A DNA stretch of 64,000 bases, taken from positions 4,029 through 68,028 of the forward strand of contig JBEKWB010000015.1 in assembly GCA_049513455.1 (NCBI GenBank), given 5' to 3'. The translations under genes and the position numbers were made by a program. The notes beneath the pieces are model-generated. The model searched no databases. It had not been told where the DNA came from and saw nothing but the letters and a program-made list of their open reading frames with translations. Shown in pieces: positions 1 through 9,143 of this stretch. Position 1 is the first letter of the stretch; each line of letters starts with the position of its first letter. This DNA comes from Acidimicrobiales bacterium. GTDB lineage: Bacteria; Actinomycetota; Acidimicrobiia; Acidimicrobiales; RAAP-2.

Positions 1-210
1 GTCGAGATCGCCCCCCGTGCAGTAGGCGTCGCCTGCGCCGGTAAGGATGGCAGAACGGATACTGTCATCGGCGTCGATCGCCTCCCAGGCGTCGGCGAGC
101 CGGACGAGCATGTCCAATGACAGAGCATTTCGCCGCGCCGGCCGGTTCATCGTGAGGACGACGGTGTCGCCTTGCCGGTCGTAGATCAGACTGGCTTCGT
201 TATCGCTCAT
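1..210 (-). CDS. enoyl-CoA hydratase/isomerase family protein, N-terminal part; the gene runs off the left edge
   Basis: Manual translation from ATG at 210-208: MSDNEASLIYDRQGDTVVLTMNRPARRNALSLDMLVRLADAWEAIDADDSIRSAILTGAGDAYCTGGDLD. This is the typical crotonase N-terminus (NRPxxxNAL ... TGAGxxFCxGGDL). Not in the ORF track because no stop lies in the window. Confidence 0.8.
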   Translation of the reverse strand, partial: MSDNEASLIYDRQGDTVVLTMNRPARRNALSLDMLVRLADAWEAIDADDSIRSAILTGAGDAYCTGGDLD

Positions 211-359
211 CGCTGCTCCTTGATGAAAGAACTAGGTGAAAAGGCCACACAAAGCAATGTATAGCCGGTCGGTTTGGCCAACGCCTGTCCGTGGTCGTCG
301 GCGGCCGAGCGGCCCGAGCATTGTGGTTCCTTCGATATTCCAACTAAAATGTTGGCCGA

Positions 360-1280
360 ATGGGCACGGAACAAGACGAGTTTTCTTTTCTGGTCGACTG
401 GGCTGAAGATGCCGGGCTGGCATGGGATTACAAACCACAAGTGGCGCGTCGACACGTTGATGTCGGCGGTCGAAAGATGAGCGCAATCGTATGGGGCGAT
501 TCGCCTGCGAAGATTGTCCTTCTCCACGGGGGCGCTCAGAACGCCCACACCTGGGACACGCTTGCCGTCGCGCTCCAAATGCCGCTTGTCGCGGTAGACC
601 TGCCCGGGCACGGACAGTCCGACTGGCGCAGCGATCATGAGTACGGCGTGCCGGCTATGGCTGACGATGTAGCTTCGGTGGTTCGACAGACTGCGCCCGA
701 GTCGTCCGTTCTCGTCGGCATCGGCCTCGGATGCCCGGTGGCGCTGCTCACGGCAGACCGCCTGTCACCTTTGGTCGAGCGCCTGGTCATGGTTGACTCG
801 GCCCCGGGTGCAGGTATGCCGAACGACAGGCGCGCGCCGTCCGAGGCGGGGGCCAATGTGGCGGCGTTCACTGCAGAGCGCCACTTCGCCAGCTTCGAAG
901 AGGCCCTCGAGCGGGCCGTTGCGTACAACCCGGGCCGGAGCGTCCGATCGCTGCGTCGCGGCGTGATCCACAATGCCAAGGAAATGCCGGATGGCTCCTG
1001 GGAGTGGCGATGGGATCCGAGGCAGCGCGACAACCGCGACTACGCCCCGGAGGCCCTCGAAAAGGCATTGGTCCGCTTCGCCGGCCCGGTCCTGCTGGTA
1101 CGGGGTGGACGATCGGACATCGTGAGCGACGAATTGGTCGCCGCATTCAAAGGACGGCATGCCTCGACCCGCCTGATAACGATCGAAGGAGCGGCCCACG
1201 CCGTCCAGGGGAGCCATCCCGTCGCGCTGGCTGAGGCGATTCGCTCATTTTGCGCAGAGGCAGAGTCCACGGAGTTTTGA
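360..1280 (+). CDS. alpha/beta-fold hydrolase
   Basis: 306-aa ORF with VLLHGGAQNAHTWD and VDLPGHGQSDW motifs and a C-terminal GAAHAVQGSHP. Divergent from the ECH gene at 1-210. Confidence 0.8.
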   Translation: MGTEQDEFSFLVDWAEDAGLAWDYKPQVARRHVDVGGRKMSAIVWGDSPAKIVLLHGGAQNAHTWDTLAVALQMPLVAVDLPGHGQSDWRSDHEYGVPAMADDVASVVRQTAPESSVLVGIGLGCPVALLTADRLSPLVERLVMVDSAPGAGMPNDRRAPSEAGANVAAFTAERHFASFEEALERAVAYNPGRSVRSLRRGVIHNAKEMPDGSWEWRWDPRQRDNRDYAPEALEKALVRFAGPVLLVRGGRSDIVSDELVAAFKGRHASTRLITIEGAAHAVQGSHPVALAEAIRSFCAEAESTEF

Positions 1281-1283
1281 TCT

Positions 1284-1795
1284 TCAGGCGAGACCTCGCT
1301 GCCGGCTGGCCTCGACCACCCGGGCGATCCCGACCATGTAGGCGGCGGTCCGTAGGTCGACTCTGCGTTCGGAGTGTGTCTCCCACATTGCTCGGAACGC
1401 CCGATCCATGAAGTCCAAGAGTTGTTCGTTGAACCGTTCCTCGGACCCACCGGAACTCGACCGGGCCACCTTCAGCTGGCCCTTGCCGTTGACGTCCTCT
1501 TGACAGAAGACGATCGGGGGTTGGTCGGCCCTCGCCTCCTTGAGCCGATACACCAGGAGCCGGACGTTGGGCGCCCCGCTCATGCCAGGAGCAAACAGCT
1601 CCCCACGGTCCACCGCCGCCACCAGCTCCGGAGTCAACTCTTGACCGGGGAAGAGTTCCAACTACCTTGTCATCCGGTGCTCGTCACATTGAAGGCGGTC
1701 CTCGGGTCGCAGTGCCAGATCCGATTGTTGGGGTCGGTCAGCAGAGCTTCAATCGTGCGGGGCGTTACGACCACCAGGACATGCTTCTGAACATC
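1284..1795 (-). pseudogene. remnant of a Glu/Leu/Phe/Val (RocG/GudB-type) glutamate dehydrogenase, C-terminal third only, frameshifted
   Basis: The ORF 1284-1661 ends SEERFNEQLLDFMDRAFRAMWETHSERRVDLRTAAYMVGIARVVEASRQRGLA, resembling the conserved GDH C-terminus (..VDMRLAAYMxGxRKxAEAxRFRGW). Upstream residues are colinear but degenerate. The preceding segment (..VLVVVTPRTIEALLTDPNNRI..FNVTSTG) is in another frame and ends in a stop at 1667-1669. The 5' two-thirds of a GDH gene is absent. Confidence 0.45.
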
Positions 1796-1900
1796 AAGAC
1801 TCTCCGCATGGTTCTGGGCACCCCGGCACGAGCGTCCGGAGTGGCGAGCATAACCTAAACATTGTCGTAATTCACCTAGACTCTGTAGGATCTCAATTCG

Positions 1901-2485
1901 ATGAGGGCGGCCCGACGAAGACTTGACCGTGCGGCGGTCGTGGAGGCGGCCGAGTTGCTTGTCGATCGTGACGGGGCGGCGCAGCTCACGATGACTGCCC
2001 TGGCCAGTGAGCTCGAGATCCGCGGCCCGTCGCTGTACTCGCACGTGGCGAGCCTCGAGGAGCTGCTGAGCCTGGTGCAGAACCGGGCGCTGGAAGAGCT
2101 CGGCTCGGGCCTTCAGCGCGCCGCGATGGGCCGATCAGGTCCGGACGGCGTCCGGGCGCTGGCGTCGGCACTGCGCACATTCGCCACAAGTCATCCGGGA
2201 CGGTACGACCTCGCCATGAGCAAGCCGATCGACCGACCTGCGATGCAGGTCGCCAGCCTGGCCGCAGGAGAGGCCTTCGTCGCCGTCATCGCGTCCGTCG
2301 GTGTGCAGATGTCCAACGAGCTTGCGTTCTCGTGTCTGGCCACACTGCACGGAGTCCTAACTTTGGATCGTGCCGGTCTGTATCCCCGGACCGAGGTGGA
2401 TGTCGATGCCGTCTACGCGCAAGCAACCGAACTCGTCCTGCACGTCATGGAGCAGGTTGCGAGCGTGCATATTCATGTCGACTGA
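1901..2485 (+). CDS. TetR/AcrR family transcriptional regulator
   Basis: 194-aa ORF. N-terminal HTH LTMTALASELEIRGPSLYSHVASLEELL. Sits directly upstream of, and co-directional with, the binding-protein/oxidoreductase pair. Confidence 0.9.
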   Translation: MRAARRRLDRAAVVEAAELLVDRDGAAQLTMTALASELEIRGPSLYSHVASLEELLSLVQNRALEELGSGLQRAAMGRSGPDGVRALASALRTFATSHPGRYDLAMSKPIDRPAMQVASLAAGEAFVAVIASVGVQMSNELAFSCLATLHGVLTLDRAGLYPRTEVDVDAVYAQATELVLHVMEQVASVHIHVD

Positions 2486-2529
2486 GACCGAACGTATCTA
2501 ACGTCCGCACGAGAACACGGAGGAACGAA

Positions 2530-3606
2530 ATGCCCGAACCCATAAAGATCGGCTGGCTCGGCGCAGCGCTCGATGGTCCCGATGGCGGCTACGACAAGAT
2601 CCACCGTTTGGCGTTCGACGAGGGGGTCGAATCAGGCCTACTCGATCGGCCGTACGAGTTCGTATTGCACGGCGAGAACGGCCTCCCGAACGGGTCTGCG
2701 AAAAACGCCACCGACGGCTTCAAATACCTCGTCGATGAAGGGTGCATCGGCATAGCGGGCGCCTACAGCTCCGACAACGCCATTACGGTGGCGCCGCTCG
2801 CGAACGACCTCCACGTACCCTTGATCTCCTGGGCCGGGACGGACCGCCTGCAAGGGGAATACTGCTTCAGGCTCGGAAACGGTGATTGCGGGGGCGACGC
2901 CGCGCTGGTCGTGTCCTGGTTGGTCAAGCAGGGCCACGCACGTATCGCCGTGCTGAGCGAGATAGCCCCCAACGGCGAGGAGTACTTCCGCTACTTCCGG
3001 ATGGAGTGCCGGCGGCGCGGCGTGAGTATCGCTGCCGTGGAATCGGTCAGCCAGAGTCCCGAGAACCTCGCCGAGAACCTCGACCATCTCCGTCAGGTCA
3101 ATGCCGATGCCCTCGTCTACATGGGATACGGGATGCTGGCGGCGAAGGGCCTCTTGCGCACGGCCTTGGATCAACTGGCATGGGATCCTCCCCGCATCAT
3201 GAGCACCGCATTCATGTGGTATCTGATGGGCTTCGAGAAGTTCGAAGGCTGGGTCGGCATCGACCAGTTCGACCCGGCGAACGCCCTGGCCCAGCAGTTC
3301 CACGATCACTTCGTCGCCCGCTACGGACAGTCCCCGCCCTTGTGGCCGAACGCCATCCCGGTTCTCGCCTTCGACACCGCCCGCGTGCTCGTCGAGGGCC
3401 TTTTCCGGGCCCCGATCCTGAGCGGACCAGGGCTCAAGGCCGGGCTCGAATCGATCCGGTTCTTGCCCAGTGCCACCGGGGGCTCCCACACCCACATCGC
3501 GTGCGCTCCCTATGAGCACGGCATGTTCCGCGGCGACTGGCTCCTCTATGGCCGCGTCCACAACGGGCAGCTCGAATTCGAGGGTCTGTTCGAGCCGTGG
3601 GAGTGA
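2530..3606 (+). CDS. type-1 periplasmic-binding-protein fold (LivJ/AmiC-like) protein without signal peptide, predicted cytoplasmic
   Basis: In-frame ATG at 2530 preceded by GGAGGA (2518-2523). The protein starts MPEPIKIGWLGAALDG.., directly at the first beta-strand of the PBP1 fold. Also has IGIAGAYSSDN and VPLISWAGTD motifs. The longer 424-aa ORF-track version overlaps the TetR gene and is Arg/Cys-rich junk. Confidence 0.8.
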   Translation: MPEPIKIGWLGAALDGPDGGYDKIHRLAFDEGVESGLLDRPYEFVLHGENGLPNGSAKNATDGFKYLVDEGCIGIAGAYSSDNAITVAPLANDLHVPLISWAGTDRLQGEYCFRLGNGDCGGDAALVVSWLVKQGHARIAVLSEIAPNGEEYFRYFRMECRRRGVSIAAVESVSQSPENLAENLDHLRQVNADALVYMGYGMLAAKGLLRTALDQLAWDPPRIMSTAFMWYLMGFEKFEGWVGIDQFDPANALAQQFHDHFVARYGQSPPLWPNAIPVLAFDTARVLVEGLFRAPILSGPGLKAGLESIRFLPSATGGSHTHIACAPYEHGMFRGDWLLYGRVHNGQLEFEGLFEPWE

Positions 3607-4616
3607 GCACACAGCGAGTCGTGCAATGGACGACAGGGAAGACTGGTCGAGCCGCCGTACGCGCCATAGTCGAGCATCCGAGGCTGACCCTCGTAGGGTG
3701 TTACGCCTGGTCAGCCGACAAGGTGGGTCGTGACGTCGGCGAGCTCTGCGGTATCGACAAAATCGGCGTGTCAGCCACGGACGACATCGACACGCTCCTC
3801 GCTCTCAAGCCTGACTGTGTTGTCTACACGCCGTATCGGCCCGATACCGACCATCTCACGCGGATCCTGGAGTCGGGTAGCAACGTCGTGACATCGATGT
3901 ACCAGCTCACTGGGCGCGGCTATGGCAATGACGCCTACGAGCGAATCGTCGCCGCAGCGGACCGTGGGTTCGCCTCGCTGTATGCGAGCGGTACCTACCC
4001 CGGATATGTCGGCACGGTCGCGCTCGCGCTCACGGCGGTGTCGTCGCGCATCGAGCGGATCACCATGCTCGAATCCGTGGACCTGCGCGGCTACGCGAAC
4101 GAGCCTATGTACCGGGCGATGGGCATCGACCGAGACCCGGCCGACCCCGAGGCCGCGAGATTGATTGCGGCAGCATGTGGATCGTTTCGTGATCAGGTGG
4201 CAGTGATGGCCCATGCTCTTGCGCTCGACCTCGACGAAATCCGCTTCCACGCTGACTTCGCCGTTGCCGATGCGGACACCGACTTCGGCTTCATGACCGT
4301 GGGCGCTGGTCGCGTTGCCGCAATCCGCGGCACCATCGCAGGCTGGGCCGGCGGCCGCCCCCGCATCGAATGCCGCTCAGTTTGGAAGCTCGGCGAGTAC
4401 ACGACTCCCGATTGGCCCGTCGAGCACGGCTATGTGATCGACATCGAGGGCACACCGTCGTTCCGGACCCGCATCGAGCCAGGCGAGCAGTGGAGCGGCT
4501 CGGTGAGCACGGCATTGCCGCTCGTCAACGCCATTCTCGGCGTCTGCGCGGCACCGCCGGGCATCGTCAACTACGGCGAACTCTCTCTTATCCGTGCTGC
4601 GCACGCTGTCCGCTGA
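3597..4616 (+). CDS. DapB-N-like NAD(P)-binding oxidoreductase (dihydrodipicolinate reductase N-domain / amine dehydrogenase-like family)
   Basis: 339-aa ORF. N-terminus RVVQWTTGKTGRAAVRAIVEHPRLTLVGCYAWSADKVGRDVGEL is a Rossmann-type motif. Overlaps the stop of the upstream gene (GTG 3597 or GTGA at 3603-3606). Paralog of 6907-7959. Confidence 0.7.
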   Translation: MGVSTQRVVQWTTGKTGRAAVRAIVEHPRLTLVGCYAWSADKVGRDVGELCGIDKIGVSATDDIDTLLALKPDCVVYTPYRPDTDHLTRILESGSNVVTSMYQLTGRGYGNDAYERIVAAADRGFASLYASGTYPGYVGTVALALTAVSSRIERITMLESVDLRGYANEPMYRAMGIDRDPADPEAARLIAAACGSFRDQVAVMAHALALDLDEIRFHADFAVADADTDFGFMTVGAGRVAAIRGTIAGWAGGRPRIECRSVWKLGEYTTPDWPVEHGYVIDIEGTPSFRTRIEPGEQWSGSVSTALPLVNAILGVCAAPPGIVNYGELSLIRAAHAVR

Positions 4617-4681
4617 CCACTAATCAAGGTTGCGGAGCTTCAGAGACCGCTTCGTAGCCCGAGCGTTTGAGTCGCTCGTGC

Positions 4682-4722
4682 GACCCGTGGAGATGCGTCC
4701 GACGGAAGCCACTCCACGGGTC
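4682..4722. repeat. perfect 11-bp inverted repeat (GACCCGTGGAG ... CTCCACGGGTC) with a 19-nt loop
   Basis: Read directly: arms at 4682-4692 and 4712-4722. Lies 65 nt downstream of the stop at 4616. No T-tract follows, so it is not a classic intrinsic terminator. Confidence 0.6.
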
Positions 4723-4823
4723 CGATGTCGCCAAATATCACGGACGTCCGCGCCTGCCGGGATTTGGGGAGCAGATCGGATACCAAGAAATAGCCACTGA
4801 CCAGTAACTTTCCGCCGAACGAG

Positions 4824-4853
4824 TGCGCCCCTCGGGAGTCGAACCCGAAACCT
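4824..4853 (-). other. 3' fragment of a tRNA gene (variable loop + T-arm + acceptor 3' strand), tRNA-Lys-like; not a complete tRNA
   Basis: The reverse complement reads AGGTT TCGGG TTCGACT CCCGA GGGGCGC A. No complementary 5' acceptor strand, D-arm or anticodon arm lies upstream. 32/33 identical to 10219-10251. Confidence 0.6.
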
Positions 4854-5047
4854 AGTGGTTGTTTTGCGGGTTGAAGTCGGTGTCTTCCGTACAGGTGCCG
4901 ACATGGGTAATGCCTACGTGTGGTAGGACCCGAATGCTCAACAGACCAATGGCAATGGGGACAGTCAGAGGAGGAGCCGGCCCTCGAAGAGGCGCGGCGG
5001 TTCGACAAGGTGGTCATCGACGCTCATCAGTATGATGTCGTCTACTT

Positions 5048-5638
5048 TCATGGTTCTCCTGCTTTGGCCGGTGGGGTGAGGACGCGCATGACAATCTCCA
5101 CGACTGTGTCCATCCGCTTCGCGTGGTCGGCGGCGAGAGGGACGAAGATCCGTGCGAGAAGCGTCCCGTGGAGGACGTCGAATATCTCGTCGACGTCGAG
5201 GCCGGGTTCGGCGCCGGCGGCTTCGATGATGGCGTAGAACTGAGGCCGGACCGAGAATTTGAGCCACTTGGTCGGGGGCGGCGGTTCGTGCTGGTACGCG
5301 GCGATGAGGCCGGGTATCGCGGCCCGGGCGGCGGGGGTGCCGAGGCTGCGGTGGAAGCCCTCGATCAGCCGGCTCAGGTCGGCACGCAGGTCGCCAGTCG
5401 CCTCGACGGCGATTTCGGTGAGGGTCGAGAAGGCGGCATCCTCGATGAGCGCGAGGCGGGTCGGCCAGCGCCTGTAGATGGACGGGGCGCTGGTGCCGGA
5501 GCGGCGGGCGATCTCCTGCACTGTCGCGGCGTTGAAGCCCTCCTCGGCAAGGATCTGCCGGGTCGCCTCCAGGACTGCCGGTTCGATCTTCGGATCGCGC
5601 GGCCGGCCCAGGGTCGCTGGTTCGATGGTGGTGCTCAT
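5048..5638 (-). CDS. TetR/AcrR family transcriptional regulator
   Basis: 196-aa ORF. HTH ATVQEIARRSGTSAPSIYRRWPTRLALI. Divergent from the P450 operon. Confidence 0.9.
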   Translation of the reverse strand: MSTTIEPATLGRPRDPKIEPAVLEATRQILAEEGFNAATVQEIARRSGTSAPSIYRRWPTRLALIEDAAFSTLTEIAVEATGDLRADLSRLIEGFHRSLGTPAARAAIPGLIAAYQHEPPPPTKWLKFSVRPQFYAIIEAAGAEPGLDVDEIFDVLHGTLLARIFVPLAADHAKRMDTVVEIVMRVLTPPAKAGEP

Positions 5639-5722
5639 GCGCTCCGTAGGGACTTGACAGCAGATACGTTTGGAAGTCTAACGTAAGAGTGTAGAACGAA
5701 ACTAGGGGTACGAAGGGGGAGC

Positions 5723-6919
5723 GTGGTGCGAGCGGAGTGTCCTGTGACGAAGCTCGACTTCGTCAACTTGGTCGCGGCCTTTGGTGGGATGGGTTCCAGT
5801 GAGCAGTCGCAGCCGGCGAATAGCGCGCTGCTTGAGCAGGGCGCGGTGCGAATCGGCGATGCGGTCATGATCAACACCCGGGCGCTCGTCGACGAGGTAT
5901 TGCGCAACCCGGGTTTGTACTCCTCGGAAGATCTAGTCGAGCAGGGAAACACCCTGCCGTTGATCCCGCTGAACATCGACCCGCCCGAGCACGTCGGCTA
6001 CCGGAAGCTGCTCGACCCGCTCTTTGCTCCGCGCCGGATTGACGCGCTGGAGGCCGACATCGCCGAGCGGGTGAACCACTTCATCGACGCGTTCATCGAT
6101 CGCGGCTCATGCAACTTCACCGCCGAGCTCGCCGAGCTGTTCCCCTCGTCGGTGTTCCTCGGGATGATGGGCCTCCCGTGGGAGGAGCTGGAGACGCTTG
6201 TCTCGATGCGGGACGGCCTGCTCCGGCCCGGCGACCACACCATGGCGCCGGAGGAACGGTCGGCGATCCAACGGGAAACCGCGACACGGGTCTACGCATA
6301 TTTCGACGCGATCCTCGAGGCGCGTGCCGCCGATCCGCGGGAGGACATCCTGTCGCACTTCGTCAGCCTCGAAGCTAACGGGGGCCGCCTGACGCGAGAC
6401 GAGGTGCTGTCGATTTGTTTCGTGCTGCTCACCGCCGGCCTCGACACCGTCACCGATTCGCTCACGTGCTTCTTCGCCTTCCTGGCGCAGAACCCCGAGC
6501 GTCGGCGACATATCGTCGAGGATCCCAACGTCATCCCAGGAGCGGTCGAGGAGCTCCTCCGCTGGGCGACCCCGGTGCCCTCGGTGGTGCGCTGGGTCCG
6601 GGAGGACACGAACCTCGGTGGCGAGACGATCGGTGCCGGGAACCACGTGATGGTCAACCTCGGTGCGGCGAACCTGGACCCGGCGCAGTTCGAGGCCCCG
6701 ATGGAGGTCCGCTTCGATCGGGAGGCGAATCGCCACCTCGCCTTCGGGGGTGGGGTGCACCGGTGCCTGGGCTCGCACCTGGCTCGCCGTGAGCTCCGAA
6801 TCGCGCTGCAGGAGTGGCACCGGCGCATCCCCGACTACACGCTTGCTCCCGACTACGAGGTCACGTACCTACCCCCGCTGCGGTACGTGCCGGACCTCCA
6901 GTTGACGTGGCCGGCCTGA
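5723..6919 (+). CDS. cytochrome P450
   Basis: 398-aa ORF. Heme-thiolate loop FGGGVHRCLGSHLARRE, EELLRW (ExxR), I-helix LLTAGLDT. RBS AGGGGGA at 5714-5720. No ferredoxin or ferredoxin reductase gene is adjacent. Confidence 0.92.
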   Translation: MVRAECPVTKLDFVNLVAAFGGMGSSEQSQPANSALLEQGAVRIGDAVMINTRALVDEVLRNPGLYSSEDLVEQGNTLPLIPLNIDPPEHVGYRKLLDPLFAPRRIDALEADIAERVNHFIDAFIDRGSCNFTAELAELFPSSVFLGMMGLPWEELETLVSMRDGLLRPGDHTMAPEERSAIQRETATRVYAYFDAILEARAADPREDILSHFVSLEANGGRLTRDEVLSICFVLLTAGLDTVTDSLTCFFAFLAQNPERRRHIVEDPNVIPGAVEELLRWATPVPSVVRWVREDTNLGGETIGAGNHVMVNLGAANLDPAQFEAPMEVRFDREANRHLAFGGGVHRCLGSHLARRELRIALQEWHRRIPDYTLAPDYEVTYLPPLRYVPDLQLTWPA

Positions 6920-7959
6920 CGCGGGTCGTCCAGTGGGCGACCGGCACGACTGGTCGCTTGGCCCTGCGCGCAGTGATCGACGCCCCCGACCTCGAACTGG
7001 TCGGCGTGCGGGTCTACGACCCCGCCAAGGTCGGGCTCGACGCCGGCGACCTCGTCGATCGGCCGGCGACCGGTGTCACCGCCACGGATGCAAAGCGGGC
7101 GATCCTCGACCTCGCCCCGGATGTCGTCCTCTACATGGGTCGGGTCGAGCAGGACCTGAAGGGCTGTTTTGCTGATGTGGTCGACCTGCTTGGTGCGGGC
7201 ATCGATGTCATCACGACCGGGAGCTCGTTCATCGACACCCGGGCCTTCGACCAGGCCCGGCACGGGGCGATCGCCGAGGCCTGTGAACGGGGCGGTGGCA
7301 CCTTCCTCGGTGTCGGTCTCTTCCCCGGCTTCTGGGGCGAAGTCATCGCACCGATACTCTCCCGCCTGGCCTTCACCTGCGATCGCATCTCTGTTCGGGA
7401 GACGCTGTCGTACGCCAGTTACCCGAGCGCCCAGCTGCTCTTCGACATCATGGGCTACGGCCACACGGCCGACTCGGACGTTCCGATGATGAGCGATCCA
7501 TCGCGGGCCGGCGGCGCCTTCAACGGCACGGCTACCGTTCTGGCTAAGGCACTCGGCCTCGAACTCGCCGGACTGGATCCCTACCGCGAGGTCGCCGTCA
7601 CCGAGCGCAAGCTGAACGTGGCCGCCGGCACGATTCCCGCCGGGACGGTCGGGGCCATGAAGCTCGGCGTGCGTGCCGACTGCGGCCCGGTGACCATCGA
7701 GGTCGAGCATGTGACCTGGATGGCACCCGACGTCGAGCCGACCTGGTCGGCCGGCGGGGAGGGCTACCACATCGAGTTCGGTGGGGCGCCGTCGCTGCGC
7801 TGCAGCCTCGAGCTCGGAATCCGCGGCGAGGACCACACCGAGATGGGCTGCCTGGCCACCGCGATGCACGCCGTTCACGCGATCCCCTCCGTGCGAGCAG
7901 CGAGCCCCGGTGTCCTCGACCTCGCCGACGTGACCACCTTCGTGGGGAGACTGACATGA
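6907..7959 (+). CDS. DapB-N-like NAD(P)-binding oxidoreductase, paralog of 3597-4616
   Basis: In-frame GTG at 6907 gives VAGLTRVVQWATGTTGRLALRAVIDAPDLELVGVRVYDPAKVGLDAGDL, colinear with the 3597 protein. Overlaps the P450 stop by 13 nt. The 381-aa ORF-track version would overlap the P450 by about 100 nt. Confidence 0.7.
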   Translation: MAGLTRVVQWATGTTGRLALRAVIDAPDLELVGVRVYDPAKVGLDAGDLVDRPATGVTATDAKRAILDLAPDVVLYMGRVEQDLKGCFADVVDLLGAGIDVITTGSSFIDTRAFDQARHGAIAEACERGGGTFLGVGLFPGFWGEVIAPILSRLAFTCDRISVRETLSYASYPSAQLLFDIMGYGHTADSDVPMMSDPSRAGGAFNGTATVLAKALGLELAGLDPYREVAVTERKLNVAAGTIPAGTVGAMKLGVRADCGPVTIEVEHVTWMAPDVEPTWSAGGEGYHIEFGGAPSLRCSLELGIRGEDHTEMGCLATAMHAVHAIPSVRAASPGVLDLADVTTFVGRLT

Positions 7960-9071
7960 GCAACGTGACGCCGGCCCGTATTGGTGTCCTGATCGACTAC
8001 CTCGATCCCAACGGCGGCTACGACGAGAACATCCTGCCTTCGCTCGGGCTCGTCGCCGACGAGTTCGCCGAGAAGGGCCTGCTCGAGCGCCCGGTCGAGT
8101 TCGTCGTCCGCGCCGTACAGGGCCTCCCGAACGGCACTTTCCGAGCCGTGCGTGACGCGTTCCACGAACTTCTCGACGAGGGCGCGCTCGTGATCTTCGG
8201 TCCGTGGGTCTCGGAGAACGGCGTCGCCCTACGGCCCTACGTCGAGGCGGCCGCCGAGGCGGCCTGCATCACGATGGGCGCCTCGGAGTCGATGCTCGGC
8301 GAATGGGTCTTCGGGCTCCCCTCCGGTTCGATGGAGGAAGAGCCCATCATCATGGCCACGGTCGCAGCGCTCGACGGCTGCCGATCCGTGGGCATCGCCT
8401 TCGAGGACTCCCTCATCGGCAACGAGTACCTCCGCACCACCCGGGTGGCTTGCAAGGACTGCGGGCTGCGCATCACCGCCGAGGTGCCGATCCCCCAAGT
8501 CGAGGCCGAGAAACAGGCGGCGATGCAGGTCCTCGCCGCCAACCGACCCGACGGCATCCTCCACGTGGGGTTCGGGCTCGGCATCCCCGGGATGAATGCA
8601 GCGCTCGAGGCGATCGGGTGGATGCCACCCCGCTACACCACTACCGCGTTCGAGTTCGCCGCCACCAACGACTGGTGGCGCGAGCAACTGGCCGGGTGGG
8701 TCGGCCTCGACCAATACGACGAGCGGAACCAGGTGGCCCGAAGGTTCCTCGACCGGTTCGAGGCCCGCCACGGCCGCCGGCCCGAGTACTTCTTCCCGCC
8801 CTACTGCTACGACGTAGGCAGGATGATGCTCCTCGCCATCGCCGGCGCGAAGCCACTCACCGGCGCCGGCGTCAAAGACGCCCTCGAGAAAATCAAGATG
8901 CTCCCGGCCGCCTCCGGCGCTCCGGGGACCCGACTGCGGTTCGGCCGCTACATCCGCCACGGGTGGATGGGTTCAGAGTTCCTCGTCGCCCGGCGCGTCC
9001 TTCCTGACGGCAGCCGCAGCGTCCTACACGCGACCATCGAGGGCCTCATCGATACACCGCCCGGCACGTGA
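7956..9071 (+). CDS. type-1 periplasmic-binding-protein fold (LivJ/AmiC-like) protein without signal peptide, predicted cytoplasmic
   Basis: 371-aa ORF starting MSNVTPARIGVLIDYLD (no hydrophobic leader). ATGA overlap with the upstream gene. Distant paralog of 2530-3606 (shared GLL-RP-EFV, GLPNG, GWVG-DQ-D blocks). Confidence 0.8.
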   Translation: MSNVTPARIGVLIDYLDPNGGYDENILPSLGLVADEFAEKGLLERPVEFVVRAVQGLPNGTFRAVRDAFHELLDEGALVIFGPWVSENGVALRPYVEAAAEAACITMGASESMLGEWVFGLPSGSMEEEPIIMATVAALDGCRSVGIAFEDSLIGNEYLRTTRVACKDCGLRITAEVPIPQVEAEKQAAMQVLAANRPDGILHVGFGLGIPGMNAALEAIGWMPPRYTTTAFEFAATNDWWREQLAGWVGLDQYDERNQVARRFLDRFEARHGRRPEYFFPPYCYDVGRMMLLAIAGAKPLTGAGVKDALEKIKMLPAASGAPGTRLRFGRYIRHGWMGSEFLVARRVLPDGSRSVLHATIEGLIDTPPGT

Positions 9072-9143
9072 CAGGGCACGGTCGATCGCCCGGTGTAGAT
9101 CGCGTTCAGTGAGGTCGAAACCAACAAAGGAGGAAAGACGATC

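Noticed and set aside
207-638. 143-aa and smaller ORFs in the 211-359 divergent region and opposite the hydrolase gene
   Set aside because: They are antisense to the alpha/beta-hydrolase gene or span its promoter. They have no motifs and atypical composition.
2332-2529. N-terminal extensions of several ORF-track models (2332, 6814, 28264..29814, 30887..31840, 31870..33234, 33098..34276, 34018, 35214, 38182..39513, 38561, 21036..21959, 61530)
   Set aside because: The extensions overlap neighbouring genes or promoters, are Arg/Pro/Cys-rich, and precede in-frame starts with good RBS spacing at the point where family-conserved sequence begins. The shorter models were adopted.
4801-4915. Possible complete tRNA on the minus strand
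   Set aside because: Only the variable loop, T-arm and acceptor 3' strand are recognisable. Upstream sequence cannot form anticodon or D arms and lacks the complementary acceptor strand.
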